Source: a virus. From it: a DNA stretch of 62,761 nucleotides. The stretch is from positions 1 through 62,761 of the IMG/VR virus record IMGVR_UViG_3300044769_000128, one strand, 5' to 3'. This document shows, in pieces, positions 61,089 to 62,761 of this stretch. Every line of letters starts with the position of its first letter. The first letter of the stretch is position 1. Position numbers and translations under genes: made by a program. The notes under the pieces were generated by a model. The model saw nothing but the letters and a program-made list of their open reading frames with translations. It made no database searches and was not told the DNA's origin.

Positions 61089-62633
61089 ATGCCGCGCGGC
61101 GAAATTAACATCCCTGTAAAAGTTCCGCGTTTGGGCATGCACACGGAGCTACCCGACAACGAGTTGCCGCTCGAAGCGATGCGCGACTGCTCCAACATGC
61201 TGCGCTCCAACGGCGGCAAGCTGGTCATGCGGCCGGGCTACAAGCAGACCGATCCGGTCGGCGTCGGCTCGCGCTGCATGGGCGGGATCTCTTACGTTAC
61301 CGGCAACCGCACCGTGGCGGGCACCGTGGCGGGCTGGTGGCACTTCAACGGCACCAACTGGACCGATATCACCGGCACACCGCTGTCGGGCAATTACGAG
61401 AGCTATGTTCAGTACGCGATCTTTCCACGGAGCGGCATTTACCACGCGGTTGGGGTGAACGGCACCAATATCCCTAAAAGCTGGGACGGCAGCGCGCCGA
61501 CGTATGTGGACATCCCCAACGCGCCGTGCCGCCCGTTCGACGTTACCGTCAGCGCGAATCGCTGCATAATGATCGAGAAGCCGAATCGGCTCTATATCTC
61601 GGAGTTCAACGATCACTTTAGCTGGCCCGGCCTGATCGCCGACATGGCAGATGCGGGCGATATTATGATCCTGATCGAACGCCTGACGCGCACCAGCTTT
61701 TCAATCTTGGGTGAAGCGTCTCAGTGGGTCGGCAAGGCGCAAGCCGGACGGTTCCCCTTCCGCTTCGATATCGTGGACGAGCAGCCGGGGCCGATGTCGG
61801 TCAATAGCTGTGTGCGGGATGGGTTCGTTCAATATTACATCGGGATCGATGGGAATGTGTACCGCTTCGATGGCATCCGGTGCACGCGGGTCGGTAACGC
61901 CATGCAGCGCTACGTGCAGCAGAATTACTCCTATGAGAATCGCTTCATGGCCTGGGGCGTGCTGTTGGAAGATTTTCGCACGATCTTTTTTTTCTTTCCG
62001 TCCAACATCAACGACGCGCCGGACATTGGAATTTTTTACAATGTGGATTCCGGCGAGATGGGGCGGTTGAGCTACGGCGAAGCCGGTCTGACGATGGGCT
62101 GGAAGTACAGAAATATCTCCACGCTCACCTATGACGATCTCGACGATTACTCGGCGACCTACACGGGCCTCGATGCTTTCTTCCCGACGTACCTGTCCAT
62201 GGCCGGGCAATCGGTGCGCGCGCAAATGTTCGGCGATACCTTGGGCGTGACTCACGTCAGCGGTAACGGGCCAGGTTCGGACAACGGCGCCAACGTCGAA
62301 GGCAAGTGGGAACTAGCTCTAATGAACCCAGGCGGCGAAGGGCAGAACTTCAGGCTCGATACATTCGAGACTTACTTCACCAAGACCGCCAACCCGACCA
62401 CGGTGGAAATCTCGGTGGGCGTCACCGACACGCTGATGAGCGAGCCGCCGTTTTACGAAGTCAACGATATCGAATTGCAGATTGACGAGCGCAAGGACTT
62501 GGACCTGCAAAAACTCGATATGGATAAAAGATTTATCACTGTGCGCCATCGGGTCACGACCACCACGGGGCATGTCGAGTGGAACAGAGGGGTACTGTAC
62601 GGGGACCCCAAAAGACCGGGTCCTTCGACGTAA
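61089..62633 (+). CDS. Tail-module hypothetical protein
   Basis: 514 aa. Its ATG abuts the upstream TAA. Followed across the junction by the ORF at 6. Confidence 0.7.
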   Translation: MPRGEINIPVKVPRLGMHTELPDNELPLEAMRDCSNMLRSNGGKLVMRPGYKQTDPVGVGSRCMGGISYVTGNRTVAGTVAGWWHFNGTNWTDITGTPLSGNYESYVQYAIFPRSGIYHAVGVNGTNIPKSWDGSAPTYVDIPNAPCRPFDVTVSANRCIMIEKPNRLYISEFNDHFSWPGLIADMADAGDIMILIERLTRTSFSILGEASQWVGKAQAGRFPFRFDIVDEQPGPMSVNSCVRDGFVQYYIGIDGNVYRFDGIRCTRVGNAMQRYVQQNYSYENRFMAWGVLLEDFRTIFFFFPSNINDAPDIGIFYNVDSGEMGRLSYGEAGLTMGWKYRNISTLTYDDLDDYSATYTGLDAFFPTYLSMAGQSVRAQMFGDTLGVTHVSGNGPGSDNGANVEGKWELALMNPGGEGQNFRLDTFETYFTKTANPTTVEISVGVTDTLMSEPPFYEVNDIELQIDERKDLDLQKLDMDKRFITVRHRVTTTTGHVEWNRGVLYGDPKRPGPST

Positions 62634-62634
62634 A

Positions 62635-62761
62635 ATGCAATGCCAGCCTCCGCAATGGTTTTATACGGGGCGATCTCCCGGCCCGAGGACGATGTCAGCG
62701 TGTCGGGCGGCGCCATCGACGTTACGCACCGGCCGCTCCGCTACGAACTCTCCTGGCGCTC
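62635..62761. repeat. Right copy of the exact 127-bp terminal direct repeat
   Basis: Identical to 1..127. Confidence 0.95.

Noticed and set aside
1-62761. Genome-wide stop-codon reassignment (TGA or TAG read as sense), prompted by the in-frame stops at 51432 and 52832.
   Set aside because: TGA, TAG and TAA each terminate many well-delimited genes whose stops overlap the next start (for example TGATG at 1272, GTGA at 2350, TAG at 5202 and 33103). Long ORFs are intact under the standard code, and no suppressor tRNA is visible.

Overview
The first 127 nt are identical to the last 127 nt (1..127 = 62635..62761). The window is therefore one complete, circular or circularly permuted dsDNA tailed-phage genome of 62,634 unique bp. 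It is GC-rich, with several visibly AT-richer islands.

No alignments or searches were run. All functions come from motifs read by eye, gene order and gene context.

Architecture:
- **Late block.** A roughly 40-kb plus-strand block runs 33985 -> 62633, wraps over the junction and continues 6 -> 11942. It holds scaffold-like and major-capsid-like genes and many virion or tail genes. These include three beta-helix depolymerase-like modules, a glycosyltransferase and a small-membrane-protein/lipoprotein lysis-like cluster. The block ends with Gly/Gln/Pro-rich internal-virion-like proteins and a 1676-aa protein with an N-terminal lytic-transglycosylase motif.
- **Recombination block (11985..17130, plus).** It encodes a RecT/Redbeta-type annealase, a PD-(D/E)XK exonuclease, a DUF1064-like nuclease and an HTH protein.
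- **Two leftward operons of small proteins.** They span 17190..19388 and 20921..25106, and many of the products carry zinc ribbons.
- **Packaging unit (25213..28415, plus).** It ends in the large terminase.
- **Inverted two-gene cassette (28416..29442, minus).**
- **Unit 29686..33782 (plus).** The portal gene here is bracketed by two paralogous C5-cytosine methyltransferases.

I could not recognise a DNA or RNA polymerase, helicase/primase, integrase, tRNA, CRISPR array or canonical endolysin.

Best leads:
1. An HNH homing-endonuclease ORF splits the recombination exonuclease exactly between its PD and DxK catalytic motifs. The three ORFs lie in three different frames.
2. At the end of the fibre locus, tandem FN3 domains are broken by a stop+SD+start junction and then by a single in-frame TGA in a TGA-C context.
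3. A start-less zinc-ribbon reading frame continues in frame past the TAG of the lipoprotein gene.
4. About 15 degenerate R-T-A-N-T-A-Y-W units span two tail-region genes.
5. Twin methyltransferases with swapped central regions flank the portal gene.
6. Three tandem mini-gene paralogs of 29-55 codons fall below the ORF-track cutoff.

Most virion proteins have no function I can assign.
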